64,000 nt of DNA, taken from the NCBI GenBank assembly GCA_044229845.1, contig JBGASG010000007.1, positions 221,844-285,843 of the forward strand, read 5' to 3'. The stretch's first letter is position 1; each line of letters starts with the position of its first letter. Shown piece by piece: positions 38,340-48,458 of the stretch. The notes beneath the pieces were generated by a model, which searched no databases, was not told the DNA's origin, and was given only the letters and a program-made list of their open reading frames with translations. This DNA is from Candidatus Obscuribacteraceae bacterium. Its GTDB lineage: Bacteria; Cyanobacteriota; Vampirovibrionia; Obscuribacterales; Obscuribacteraceae. Position numbers and translations under genes: made by a program.

Positions 38340-39718
38340 ATGGCAGTTTATAGAAAAAGTGAAACAGCAAAGTCTTTCCCGTTAGTCGATCGCGGACCAG
38401 CCCACTATGAAGAACTGGCGGATGCGGCGCTGGAAAACTCCATCAACTATTTAAACAACTCCTATTCCAACAAGTTGTGCGGCGCCGAAGGCGCCGTGGA
38501 GTTCAGAGATGGAGGCGTCTATACATACGACAATCACGGCAAACGCTATCTGGATTGTCTGGGCGGCTACGGAATCTTCAACGTCGGACACCGTCACCCC
38601 AAGGTGATCGCTGCCGTCAAAGCGCAGCTGGATCAGGTCTGTCTGCATAGTCAGGACCTGCTGAATCCATGGGCAGCACATCTGGCGCGCCAACTCGCGT
38701 CGGTAGCACCCGGCGATTTGCAATACTCGTTCTTCTGGGCAAAACGGAAATCATCTCGACCAAGAATGCTTACCACGGCGTCAGCATGGGAGCACTGTCG
38801 GCAACCGGACGCGAAGTTTTCCGCAAGCCTTTCGAACCGCTTCTGAACGGATTTGTGCACGTCGATTTCGGCGATGCCAAAGCCATCGAAGATGCCATCA
38901 CCAAAGATACCGCTGCAGTGATTCTGGAGCCAATCCAGGGCGAAGGCGGCATTCACGTGCCGTCGCCAGGCTACCTCCGTAAAGTGAGACAGATCACCAA
39001 GAAAAAAGGTGTCTTGCTCATCTTGGATGAAGTGCAAACTGGACTGGGACGCACAGGTCGTATGTTCGCCTGCGAACACGAAGGTGTCGTTCCCGACATC
39101 CTCTGTCTGGCCAAGGCTCTGAGCGGCGGTGTTGTCCCAATTGGCTGTTTCATGGCCAGTCGCAAGATTTGGAAAGCTCTTGAGCCCAACCCGTCCATTC
39201 ATAACTCCACATTTGGCGGCAACCCGCTTGCTTGTACAGCGGCCTCCGCCACTCTGGAAGTTTTGATGGAAGAACACCTTTCCGCACGCGCCGCGGTCAT
39301 GGGAAACCATTTCATGCGTCGCCTGAACGAGTTGCACGAAGAGTATCCGGAGTGCATCCAAGAAGTGCGCGGCAAAGGACTGTTGATCGGTCTTGAATTC
39401 ACAACCAAAGAATTCCGCGAAATCGTTCAGGAAGAACTCTTCCACCGCGGTGTGCTGGTAGCCGGCACCATGAACGCCAACCGCACAATCCGCATCGAGC
39501 CGCCGCTGATCATCACCGAATCGCAAATCAATTTCATGATCAGCACTCTGGAAGGCGTTCTCGCCGAAAAGCGCAACAAAGCTGCGAAGCTGAAAGCCAA
39601 GTTCGAGAAGTTTCAGAACAAGACAGCAAAAGTCAAAGTCAGCAAGAAAGAAACCGGCGCCAAGAAAGGCGTGAAAAAAGCGGGCAAGGGCGGCAAGAAA
39701 AAGGAGAAGAAGCAATGA
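38340..39718 (+). pseudogene. class-III PLP aminotransferase (putrescine aminotransferase PatA-like), frame broken at about 38735
   Basis: YLDCLGGYGIFNVGHRHP in ORF1; EPIQGEGG, DEVQTGLGRTG and LAKALSGG in ORF2; the conserved NSGTE segment is absent at the junction. Confidence 0.8.
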
Positions 39719-39906
39719 GCTTCGACGACAACTCCCTTTTCACCAGACAGCTGCAGGAAATCGCCCGTTCCGGAGTCGATGGTCAAGCCCAAGCGGAACG
39801 CATTCGCTCCCTCCTTGAGCTGCAAAGGCAAACGCATTCGCAATCGCTGCCACCCGACAATGTTGTGCCGTTTTCCGGCAAGAGCCCTCGAATGGCGCTG
39901 ACCTGA
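39715..39906 (+). CDS. small hypothetical protein
   Basis: ATGA overlap with the aminotransferase stop and a GGAG RBS. Confidence 0.45.
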   Translation: MSFDDNSLFTRQLQEIARSGVDGQAQAERIRSLLELQRQTHSQSLPPDNVVPFSGKSPRMALT

Positions 39907-39927
39907 ACCAGAGCCCTCTAAACTTTG

Positions 39928-39990
39928 AATCCCAACCGATATCGGTTGGGATTTCAGCATTGCAACCTCAACCGATATCGGTTCACGTTT
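39928..39990. repeat. palindromic repeat pair, copies 10-11 (cores 39934-39947 and 39970-39983)
   Basis: 26-bp perfect palindrome aatcccAACCGATATCGGTTgggatt, with a second core 36 bp downstream. Confidence 0.95.
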
Positions 39991-40043
39991 GAGTGGGGTC
40001 CAGCAGTCCGGAGGTATCGGTGCGATATACTAGGTCCTGGTTC

Positions 40044-40116
40044 GGGCGATTAGCGCAGTTGGTAGCGCAGCACGATCACACCGTGAAGGTCGGGGGTTCA
40101 AATCCCTCATCGCCCA
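40044..40116 (+). tRNA. tRNA-Val(CAC)
   Basis: GGGCGATTAGCGCAGTTGGTAGCGC...ATCACAC...GGTTCAAATCCCTCATCGCCCA. Confidence 0.9.
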
Positions 40117-40121
40117 ATCTT

Positions 40122-41717
40122 TTACAACAGGTCCCCAACGGCCCCTTTGACAACATTGAGCAGTTCGCCTGACGCAATTAGTCCTTCGGCGATCGCCATG
40201 TCGATGTGAAGCTCGCGGTCTTGTTCTAAATGGGGGATGTGCTCGCGCACGAGTTTGTGAGCCGCGAGAACTCCAGGGCCAGGCTTTAGGTCGTGTTCGC
40301 AGTGTGCACCGTATTCGGTGCTGTTATAGATGCGGTAGTCGAGGCCCTGAGTGGCGCACAGAAGTTCAATGGCCAGCACGCGGCGCACATTTGTCAAAAT
40401 AGCTCGAGCTTTGCGGGCTGCCGTGGCGCCCATGGAAACATGATCTTCCTGATTAGCGGAGGTAGGAATCGAGTCGACGCTGGCCGGATGGGCGAGCGAT
40501 TTGTTTTCAGAAACCAGCGCCGCTGCGGTGTATTGCGCGATCATGAAACCCGAGTTGAGACCGCCGAACTGTGTGAGGAACGCCGGCAAACCATTTGATA
40601 GTGCGGGATTGACGAGGCGCTCAGCCCGTCGTTCGGAGATATTGGCGAGAGTTGCCAGTCCCATCGACATGTAATCGAGAGCGAATGCCAATGGCTGGCC
40701 ATGGAAGTTCCCTCCGAAGAGCACTTCATCGGCAAACACTAAAGGATTGTCCGTCGCTGAGTTGACTTCGATTTCCAGAACCTGACGTGCATGGGCGAAA
40801 ACCTGGCGCGATGCGCCATGCACCTGCGGCATGCAACGCAACGAGTAGGCATCCTGCACCATCGGGCAGTTCTCGTGACTGGCGACGATGGCACTGTCGT
40901 GCAGCAGGGCGCGCAGATTGTGTGCGGATGCCAGCTGCCCAGGATGCGGTCGGATCTCGTGAATGCGGTCGATGAAAGCTCGCGCTGAACCTAAGAGAGC
41001 TTCCAAAGTCATCGCACCGATGACGTCCGCGAGTGTGGACAGGCGTTCCGCTTCCAGTACGAGCAGCGCGCCAAATGCCGACATCATTTGAGTGCCGTTG
41101 GTGAGGGCGAGGCCTTCTTTGGCCTCGAGATGAAGGGGCGTCAGGCCGGCTGCGGCGAGAGCTTGCGAACCGCTTTGTGCTTTGCCTTTGTATTCCGCAC
41201 GTCCTTCGCCAATCAAAACCAGAGCCAGATGAGCCAAAGGTGCCAGATCGCCGCTAGCTCCCAGTGATCCCTGTTCGGGCACGCAGGGATGCACGCCGCG
41301 GTTCAGGCATTCGATCAGTTGTTCAACCAGCGCCGGGCGAACGCCTGAGAATCCCTTGGCCAGGGCATTTGCTCGCAGGAGCAACATGGCTCGCACCACA
41401 TCGGTATCCAGCAGTGAACCGACGCCGGCAGCATGTGAAAGGAGGAGATTGCGCTGCAGCGTGCGTGTGTCCTCGGGCTTGATAAAGACGTCCTTGAACT
41501 TGCCGAAACCTGTTGTAACGCCGTAAACGGTTGCGCCTGAATCAACGAAGTGTTCGATAACAGCCCGGCTTGCCTCAAGCTGGTGGTAGGCCGATTCGGA
41601 TAGTTTCACCGGCTGCCACCAGAGGGCGACGTTTTCGATGTCGGCAAGCTGGAGCTTGTTGCCGTCGATGAGCAGTGGTTCAGTTGCGCGTGCGCTCTTT
41701 GTTTTGGATGAAATCAT
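40122..41717 (-). CDS. hutH: histidine ammonia-lyase
   Basis: YGVTTGFG, MIO-forming GASGDLAPL, QDAYSLRC and NQEDHVSM motifs. Confidence 0.93.
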   Translation of the reverse strand: MISSKTKSARATEPLLIDGNKLQLADIENVALWWQPVKLSESAYHQLEASRAVIEHFVDSGATVYGVTTGFGKFKDVFIKPEDTRTLQRNLLLSHAAGVGSLLDTDVVRAMLLLRANALAKGFSGVRPALVEQLIECLNRGVHPCVPEQGSLGASGDLAPLAHLALVLIGEGRAEYKGKAQSGSQALAAAGLTPLHLEAKEGLALTNGTQMMSAFGALLVLEAERLSTLADVIGAMTLEALLGSARAFIDRIHEIRPHPGQLASAHNLRALLHDSAIVASHENCPMVQDAYSLRCMPQVHGASRQVFAHARQVLEIEVNSATDNPLVFADEVLFGGNFHGQPLAFALDYMSMGLATLANISERRAERLVNPALSNGLPAFLTQFGGLNSGFMIAQYTAAALVSENKSLAHPASVDSIPTSANQEDHVSMGATAARKARAILTNVRRVLAIELLCATQGLDYRIYNSTEYGAHCEHDLKPGPGVLAAHKLVREHIPHLEQDRELHIDMAIAEGLIASGELLNVVKGAVGDLL

Positions 41718-41986
41718 GGCGAATCGACCTGGACCAGCAAGTATAAAGAACGGCGGGCGGTTACCCGGCGACTTTCGACGTTTCTCATGCATGAACTGAA
41801 ACAAATATTGGCAGGAGTTCTTGGAAACAATGAATCTTTCCGGCCGTCGATGGAGTCAGCCACAGTTGACCCTAGCAGCAGCGTCACCCTGCGGTAGTCC
41901 CAAAGTCCCTTGTTAACTGAAACCCGGGTTTACACGGCAGTCAGGCAGGGGATTTGCGGCAAGATCAAACAGGTTGCCATGCTAAG

Positions 41987-43879
41987 ATGGCAATGCGTGT
42001 AAAGCACGTCCCGTGGCTGGTGCCGCAAATGCAACTCCCAAATAACCCTGCTCAAACTAACCGGACCAGAGCCGGCAGTTCTGGTCTGCCCACAATTTTG
42101 ATGGCCAGCGTTTTGGGAGTGGTCAGCATGGCGTATCTTTCTCAGCCCGCAGCGCAGGCGGTAAACGGCAACGACCAAAGTCTCGTCAAACTGGAGAATA
42201 AGTTTTTTCAGCACGACTACGGCAAGGACGATATGCCTTCACGGCTCGAGCGTCTCGAGAAAATGGTTTTCGGCGAGACGAAAACAGGCACCGATGACCA
42301 GCGTCTGAAAAATCTAGTAGCCGCGGTCCCCAATCTAAATAGCACTGCAGACGACACAGGCAGTGGCGGTGGCAGTGGCAACAACACGGCCAGCAGCGGC
42401 GCCGGCAGTGCCTCCGGAGCTGGCAACAACGGTGGTGGGCGACGGCAGCCGCCGCCGTCGCAAGTAGCCGAAGAGTCGTCTGAGCCGATAGCGGACTCAT
42501 CCAATTATCCAGCTGTCTCGGCAATGGAGAAGCGAGTCTTCGGGAAAGATTTTGCCGGCGAACCGATCACCAAGCGACTCGATCGCCTGGAAGTGAAAGC
42601 GTTCGGCAAAAGCAATCCCAGCGCAGAACTGATTGATCGCGTCGATCGCCTGCGGTCATCCACGGGAGTGGACCTGGCGCGCCAGGCGCCGGCCGGCTCC
42701 GACTGGGCGGATGACGACGAAACCTACCAGGCGCCCAAAACATCATACGGGCAGCCCTTGCCCTACAGCCCTGACGCCGACGGCAAGACCTTCAGCGGAC
42801 GCAATCTGCGCAAAGATTTTGCGGATGCGGGTCTCTACAGCCCACCTCCTTCGACGCCTGGCACATACGGTGCCGGTGGCGCCTACACCAGCGGCAACAG
42901 CTATTCGCCACCGGGAACCTATGGAGCCGGCGGCGGTAGACCGACCTTCGGCGGTCCCAAAACAGCCTACGGCGGCAGCAGCGGTTACGGCAATCCTTAT
43001 AACGGCAGCCGCAGTGCTACCAGCGGCGGTGCCGCGGGCGGTAGTGGCTACGGAGCAGGTATCGGCGGCGGCAAGACTTATGGTTCCACCGGTGGCGGGT
43101 CCGGAGCTGGTGCGACAACTGGGGCGCCGCGTTCGGCAGTTGGCGGTGGCGCCGGCAATGACGGCATGCCGCGCACTGCACCAGATATAGTGCGTGGCGG
43201 CGGAGCCGGGTATCCCGGCGGAATGGGATTGAGCCAGCAAGTATCACTTTTGGAACGCGAAGTGTTTCAGCGCACATTCCAGAGTGAAACGATTCCGGCG
43301 CGCCTCGATCGTCTGGAAAAAACGATGTATCCCAACCAGTCACCATCAACGGGAGCGCCCATTCCCAGCCGTGTTGCGCGGCTGATGCAGGATGTGCAGC
43401 CCAGCGATCCGCTGGCCCAAAATCAAAAACGCGTCAATCCGCTCGATAACGACGATTTGGACGATATGAATGCTCTGGCCAATAACGGCGGAATGCCGCC
43501 CACTGCACCTCCGATGGGTCGCAGCGGGCTCTCTAAAGTCATCAATGGCTTGTCCAACTTCTTCGGCGGCGGCATGACCGGCGGTTACGGCACCGGTGGC
43601 ACTTTGATGCGTGATCCAAGCACCGGGCTGCTCATAGATCCGATGAGCGGCAACTTGATAGATCCCACCACCGGGGTAGTTGTGGGCACGCGCGGATTGC
43701 CTGGAACGGTTGGAGTTCCCGGACAACTGGGTGGATTTGGACAACAATCGTTTGGCTCCTTCGGCAGCGGTATGTCACCAATGGGTGGTTATGGCGTCGG
43801 CGGCGTCGGCAGCAATGGCATTCGATTCGGATTTGGCGGCGCCGGAACGCGCTTCGGTCCCGGAATGATTCTTCCCTAA
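41987..43879 (+). CDS. secreted Gly/Ser-rich protein with three repeated LE..F....RL.RLE modules
   Basis: Hydrophobic signal-like segment; repeated helical module separated by low-complexity linkers; start uncertain. Confidence 0.7.
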   Translation: MAMRVKHVPWLVPQMQLPNNPAQTNRTRAGSSGLPTILMASVLGVVSMAYLSQPAAQAVNGNDQSLVKLENKFFQHDYGKDDMPSRLERLEKMVFGETKTGTDDQRLKNLVAAVPNLNSTADDTGSGGGSGNNTASSGAGSASGAGNNGGGRRQPPPSQVAEESSEPIADSSNYPAVSAMEKRVFGKDFAGEPITKRLDRLEVKAFGKSNPSAELIDRVDRLRSSTGVDLARQAPAGSDWADDDETYQAPKTSYGQPLPYSPDADGKTFSGRNLRKDFADAGLYSPPPSTPGTYGAGGAYTSGNSYSPPGTYGAGGGRPTFGGPKTAYGGSSGYGNPYNGSRSATSGGAAGGSGYGAGIGGGKTYGSTGGGSGAGATTGAPRSAVGGGAGNDGMPRTAPDIVRGGGAGYPGGMGLSQQVSLLEREVFQRTFQSETIPARLDRLEKTMYPNQSPSTGAPIPSRVARLMQDVQPSDPLAQNQKRVNPLDNDDLDDMNALANNGGMPPTAPPMGRSGLSKVINGLSNFFGGGMTGGYGTGGTLMRDPSTGLLIDPMSGNLIDPTTGVVVGTRGLPGTVGVPGQLGGFGQQSFGSFGSGMSPMGGYGVGGVGSNGIRFGFGGAGTRFGPGMILP

Positions 43880-43904
43880 TCGCGAAAGGTTAGTCTCCAC
43901 AAAG

Positions 43905-44942
43905 ATGATCCTTGTAGCAGGCGGAACCGGACTGGTAGGTTCAAAGGTAGTGCAAACGTTGCTGGCGCAACAGGTGCCGGTGCGCGTCATGGCGCGCGGA
44001 CTGAGTGATTGGGCCACCAGCTCCATGCCTAAGCTGCGGCGGGCAGGCGTGGAAGTAGTAGTCGGCGAACTGACCGATGCCGACAAGGTGCGCCAGGCAG
44101 TAGCTAATTGTGATGCCATTGTTCACGCGGCCGGTGTCATGCGGGCCGGCGCTACCGGCACCGCTCGTGGTATCACGGTCGACGGTACCAGAAACCTCCT
44201 GGAACTGGGCGAAGCCGCCGGCGTGCAGAGATTTATCTTCTTGAGCTGCCTGGGCGCATCCGAGCACAGCCAGTGTGATTACTTCCGCAGCAAGTGGGAG
44301 GCGGAAGCGATGGTGCGGCAGTCAAGCTTTTACTGGACCATATTCCGTCCTTCGCTCATCTTCGGAACCAATTCTCAGATGCAGCGTATCTTCGAGTTCT
44401 TAGTCACGCGCGCGCCCTTTGTGCCGGTGATTGGCAGCGGGCTCAACATGGTAAGCCCGGTGTCGGCTGTCGATGTAGCGAGTTGCGTGGCGCAATCGCT
44501 CTACGATCGCGACACCGTTGGCAAATCCTATGACCTGGTGGGGGGCGCCGATTTCGATCTGGTGACTCTGCTCGTGGAAGCGTCGAAACTGGCTGGACCT
44601 GCAAAGGGCACATTCAGTGTTCCCACGGGATTGGCCATCACCCTGGCAGACTGGATGGCGAAGCTCAACCCCAAGGCTCCAATCGATGGAGATGTTATGC
44701 GCATCATCACTCAGGACTTCACCGGAAACTCTCGTGAGGCGGAGGCGACCTTTCAGCTGCAATTCTCAGGGTACAAATTGGGTTCAACCGTCACTGCCGC
44801 CATCGCGAAAACCGACAACGAAAGAGAAGTCGTTCAGTCAGATGACGACCCGGGACAACCATGGGACTCTGGCCCCGGCGATTCTGGACCGCCTCCCAGT
44901 GGCGGCTCGGGACGGTCGTCCCGCAAGTCAAGGTCTCGCTAG
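43905..44942 (+). CDS. NAD(P)-binding epimerase/dehydratase (NDUFA9-like atypical SDR)
   Basis: GGTGLVG, YFRSKWEAE and TIFRPSLIFG motifs. Confidence 0.85.
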   Translation: MILVAGGTGLVGSKVVQTLLAQQVPVRVMARGLSDWATSSMPKLRRAGVEVVVGELTDADKVRQAVANCDAIVHAAGVMRAGATGTARGITVDGTRNLLELGEAAGVQRFIFLSCLGASEHSQCDYFRSKWEAEAMVRQSSFYWTIFRPSLIFGTNSQMQRIFEFLVTRAPFVPVIGSGLNMVSPVSAVDVASCVAQSLYDRDTVGKSYDLVGGADFDLVTLLVEASKLAGPAKGTFSVPTGLAITLADWMAKLNPKAPIDGDVMRIITQDFTGNSREAEATFQLQFSGYKLGSTVTAAIAKTDNEREVVQSDDDPGQPWDSGPGDSGPPPSGGSGRSSRKSRSR

Positions 44943-44953
44943 TCTACTCAATT

Positions 44954-45012
44954 AAATCTGAACCGATATCGGTTCAGTTTTCAGATCTCAACCGATATCG
45001 GTTCAGATCTGA
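44954..45012. repeat. palindromic repeat pair, copies 12-13 (cores 44961-44974 and 44990-45003)
   Basis: aaatctg-core-cagttt followed by tcagatctc-core-cagatctga; 29-bp spacing. Confidence 0.95.
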
Positions 45013-45133
45013 CAGGGGGGAGGTAAACGCTGCAAATTGTGTCAGCACTGGCGCAGGACAGGCTTTTGAGTCCCGCTGATGATATCCTTTTGCAGGCGCG
45101 AGCCAGGGCGGTATTCAAGATGAGGCGTCAGTA

Positions 45134-45466
45134 ATGATCAGGCTGCACAAGCCGGTAAAGCTCATGGAATGGGGTACGGGAACGAACACCACCAACCAGG
45201 TCTGGAGCGAATCGGGTAAGGGGCGAATTGTTAGGAACACCGTCGTCAATGGTCTCACTCGCCTCGATATTGAGATTGAGGGACAGTTCGAGAAGAAAAA
45301 TGCTCGCGACACCTCGATCAAACTGGCTCAGGAAAGCGAAGGCATGGCGGCGCAATCGAAGTTCTGGGGCGAAGTGGCCATGGGCGACCTGAGCGCTGTC
45401 GAAAGCGAAGGTGGCAAAACCGTAGTCACCATCGCTATCGCTGCCGCAACCAAAATCTCGAGATAA
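45134..45466 (+). CDS. hypothetical protein
   Basis: 110-aa ORF with a GAGG RBS, convergent with the next gene. Confidence 0.55.
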   Translation: MIRLHKPVKLMEWGTGTNTTNQVWSESGKGRIVRNTVVNGLTRLDIEIEGQFEKKNARDTSIKLAQESEGMAAQSKFWGEVAMGDLSAVESEGGKTVVTIAIAAATKISR

Positions 45467-45467
45467 A

Positions 45468-48074
45468 TTAGAGTCTGCGGATGGTGCCGGCGCTGCCGTC
45501 CACCTCGACCATGGTGCCGTCTTCCCATAAAGACGTGGCGTCTGGAATGCCTGAAACACAGGGCAGCCCGTACTCGCGTGCCACCAGAGCCCCGTGCTGA
45601 AGCATGCCGCCGATTTCCAATATCACTGCGGCGCAATTGACGAAAAGTGGTGTCCAGCCGGGATCAGTTGCTCGAGCGACGAGTACGTCTCCCCGTTCAA
45701 GCGGCTTTTCATCTGCCGAGTGTAATACTTTGATAGGTCCGCGCGCTACGCCTGGAGAAATTGCGGTGCCAGCCACTTCTCCTTCGCCGACTGGACGCGG
45801 TGGCGGACGGAGGATTTTTCCTCGCGAATCAATGAGTGTCGGTAGCGACGGCACACGCGACAGCTTGTCGAGAAACTCTCGATTTTTGCGGCATTGAACC
45901 CGCAGGTCGATTTTGCGGTCGCGCAGCGCGACCATAAATTCATCCAGCGTTAAATCAAAGATCTGGTCGACTAGATCCAGTCGACCTGAGTCCACAAGCG
46001 CTTCCCCGGCGGACAACAGACGCTGGCGAATCAGATCGAGCATGAAGATCAAATAGAACTTCGGGGTCTCACGGTACCCGGCCAGCTCAACCACCACTTT
46101 GTACAGGTGCTGGAAATTCCGAAGATCGCCGAATCTACGCGCGTCCCGCAATTGCATGCTGACGGATTCGTAGACGGCTTGGCGCTCACGGCAGGCTGTT
46201 TCGAAACGAACTTTGGGATTGTCCTGAGCGGATGTTGATCGCCGCAGCGCCACCAGTTGTTCAACCAGTAACCGCGGATTGTCTCGATAGCGAGGCGAAG
46301 CAATGTCCAGTTCACCGGCACCGCGATGTCCGTAACGGGTGATGAAATTGTGCCAGGCGCGTTCTAAATCGGCGGGCAGACCTCCCTGGTGCAGCTTGCT
46401 CGTGAATGTTTCGACATTCATAACCGCCGGCATCGAGAGCGAAACATCATACAGAGCCAGACCCATTTCGGTGGTCACATTGTGGGGCATCCCCTGCTCT
46501 AATTTGCGCAGATCGCTCTCGGCAACGGCGGTTTTGCCGGCGATCTGTTTCATGCGCGCCACCGCCGCGCGCGAGGCACCGACGGTTGGCATCAGCTCGT
46601 CGCTGACGGTGCGCAAGACCAGGTCCATGAGTTTGCCGACGAAAATACGCATGGGCAGATTTTGCGCGCTCAAAACCCGCGCATTTGCTTCCAGCTGCTG
46701 GAGTTTTTGCTGCGCGCGCTTGTGAGCTGTCTGGGGAGCCAGGTTGACACGCGCCAGCTTCGGAAACGAAGCCAGCAAGTTGCGCAAAATAAATACGAGG
46801 GCTATCGGCAAGCCCGGTTTCTTGTAAAAGTTCTCGTCGAGCCCGGCAATTACAGACGCTGCCAGCGGATCCATGTTGACCAGCAGTTCGCTCAGGCGCC
46901 GGGCGCCAAGTATGCCGATCACCACCGACAAATTTACATAAAGGCGTCCGCCGCATGCGAAGGCCATACTTTTCTGGGGTTGGCCGGTGAGTGCGGTACC
47001 GACCCGTTTGCCGGCTGATTTGAGCGCTGTCTCAAGCACGCTGGTGCCCATCACGGAGAGCGGTTTGAACAACGCCTGCACGCTGATGGTGGCATCTAAG
47101 TAAAGCAGGCGTCGCGCGCCCGGCGGTGTCACCATCGCCGGCAGCAGCGGCACGTAAGTGGTAATCGGTCGGGCTTGCAAAAGGTAGAGCTGTCCGCCTG
47201 CAAATGCCCATTCAATATCGATCGGCTGCTTGTAAAAAGTCTCGACTTGCGTGATTAGATTGGTCAGGCTGCGCAGCAGCCGATCCGAGAGAGTGAGCTG
47301 GTTGTGCCGGTCATCGACGCGTTCGACAGTCGATCCTTCCGGCAAGAGCCAGATCGATGTTTCCTTCTTGCCGAGGCGGCGTTCCAGCACTTTCTTCGAA
47401 ACTTTATTGACGATGAAAGTGTCGGCGGTCACCGTACCTGATACCACCGTTTCGCCCAGTCCCCAGTTGGAGTTGAAGACGGCTTCGTCAAAGTCATTGC
47501 TGAGAGGATTGAGCGAAAATCCGACACCCGAAACATCGCTGGCTATCTGTTTCTGCACCACCACGGCTATTTTCGGATCGGTGACTGAGAAACCGGCCTG
47601 CCGCTTGTAGATGACGATGCGCACATCCAGGCAAGAGGCAAACGTCTGATGGATGGCTTCCTCCAGGCGATCGCGGTTGACACCGAGTATGGTTTCATAA
47701 CCGCCGGCAAAAGAAGATCCTTCCAGATCCTCCTCGGGCGATGAAGAACGCACCGCCCATAGTGCTGCCGCCGGTTCGGCGGCGGTTAGTTTCGCCAGGC
47801 AGGCTCTCTGTTCGCTGGTGAATTCCAGCCCGTGGGAGAAGTTTTTCAGTTCGGCACAAGCCGGTGCCGGGTCGGTATCGAGTGTGGCAAGAAACCGCTG
47901 CCAGCTGGGAGACGCCGTGATCCGCTCGATCCAGGGGCGGAAAAAGGCCAGCGGTAAAACATATCCCGGCGGTACCGGCAAACCGGCCGCGCTGGTCTTA
48001 ATAAGTGACCAGCCTTTGCCGCCGACTTCACTTATTGGAGCATCTGCAGTTCCGGGAAAGCGATAGACGTCCAA
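45468..48074 (-). CDS. PEP-utilising/PPDK-N ATP-grasp enzyme with rifampin phosphotransferase-like architecture
   Basis: VGGKG, AVRSS...ED, SFAG, DIEWA, LLQARPIT; C-terminal phospho-His domain TDPGWTPLF...GGMLQHGALVAREYGLP. Confidence 0.85.
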   Translation of the reverse strand: MDVYRFPGTADAPISEVGGKGWSLIKTSAAGLPVPPGYVLPLAFFRPWIERITASPSWQRFLATLDTDPAPACAELKNFSHGLEFTSEQRACLAKLTAAEPAAALWAVRSSSPEEDLEGSSFAGGYETILGVNRDRLEEAIHQTFASCLDVRIVIYKRQAGFSVTDPKIAVVVQKQIASDVSGVGFSLNPLSNDFDEAVFNSNWGLGETVVSGTVTADTFIVNKVSKKVLERRLGKKETSIWLLPEGSTVERVDDRHNQLTLSDRLLRSLTNLITQVETFYKQPIDIEWAFAGGQLYLLQARPITTYVPLLPAMVTPPGARRLLYLDATISVQALFKPLSVMGTSVLETALKSAGKRVGTALTGQPQKSMAFACGGRLYVNLSVVIGILGARRLSELLVNMDPLAASVIAGLDENFYKKPGLPIALVFILRNLLASFPKLARVNLAPQTAHKRAQQKLQQLEANARVLSAQNLPMRIFVGKLMDLVLRTVSDELMPTVGASRAAVARMKQIAGKTAVAESDLRKLEQGMPHNVTTEMGLALYDVSLSMPAVMNVETFTSKLHQGGLPADLERAWHNFITRYGHRGAGELDIASPRYRDNPRLLVEQLVALRRSTSAQDNPKVRFETACRERQAVYESVSMQLRDARRFGDLRNFQHLYKVVVELAGYRETPKFYLIFMLDLIRQRLLSAGEALVDSGRLDLVDQIFDLTLDEFMVALRDRKIDLRVQCRKNREFLDKLSRVPSLPTLIDSRGKILRPPPRPVGEGEVAGTAISPGVARGPIKVLHSADEKPLERGDVLVARATDPGWTPLFVNCAAVILEIGGMLQHGALVAREYGLPCVSGIPDATSLWEDGTMVEVDGSAGTIRRL

Positions 48075-48100
48075 TGGCGGCTCTGCACAGCATTGTGCTA

Positions 48101-48304
48101 CTACTTGAGCGGATCGGTTTTCTTGCCGCCGGCGCTTTCATTGCTGCGCTGCAAAAGTCCGCGCAGGTAAAACTCATCGCGCTTTGCGTCTCTGAGATCG
48201 GCCCAGACATCGTCGAAGGCATCATCCTCGACAGACGGCGGCGGTGTGGGTGGCGCAGGCGGTGCAGGCGCGCGCTTGTTTCCGATGGGCTTTTCGATCG
48301 TCAT
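48101..48304 (-). CDS. small hypothetical protein
   Basis: 67-aa ORF, Pro-rich then acidic, co-directional with neighbours. Confidence 0.4.
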   Translation of the reverse strand: MTIEKPIGNKRAPAPPAPPTPPPSVEDDAFDDVWADLRDAKRDEFYLRGLLQRSNESAGGKKTDPLK

Positions 48305-48458
48305 TCTTGAAACCTGTTTTCTAGCCGGTATTACGGGCGGTGACGAGCGCGAGAGGAGTATTCGCGTTGGTCGCGTTGCATTTGCATGGCATTGCATTTG
48401 CGTTTTATCGTGTTTGAAACGGACGGGTCGGAGCAATCGACCAAACCACTATACATAT

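Noticed and set aside
38651..39715. Long antisense ORFs (e.g. 38651-39715, 51699-52664, 8756-9559, 4597-5250)
   Set aside because: They are shadows of well-supported genes on the opposite strand in GC-rich DNA, with no recognisable motifs
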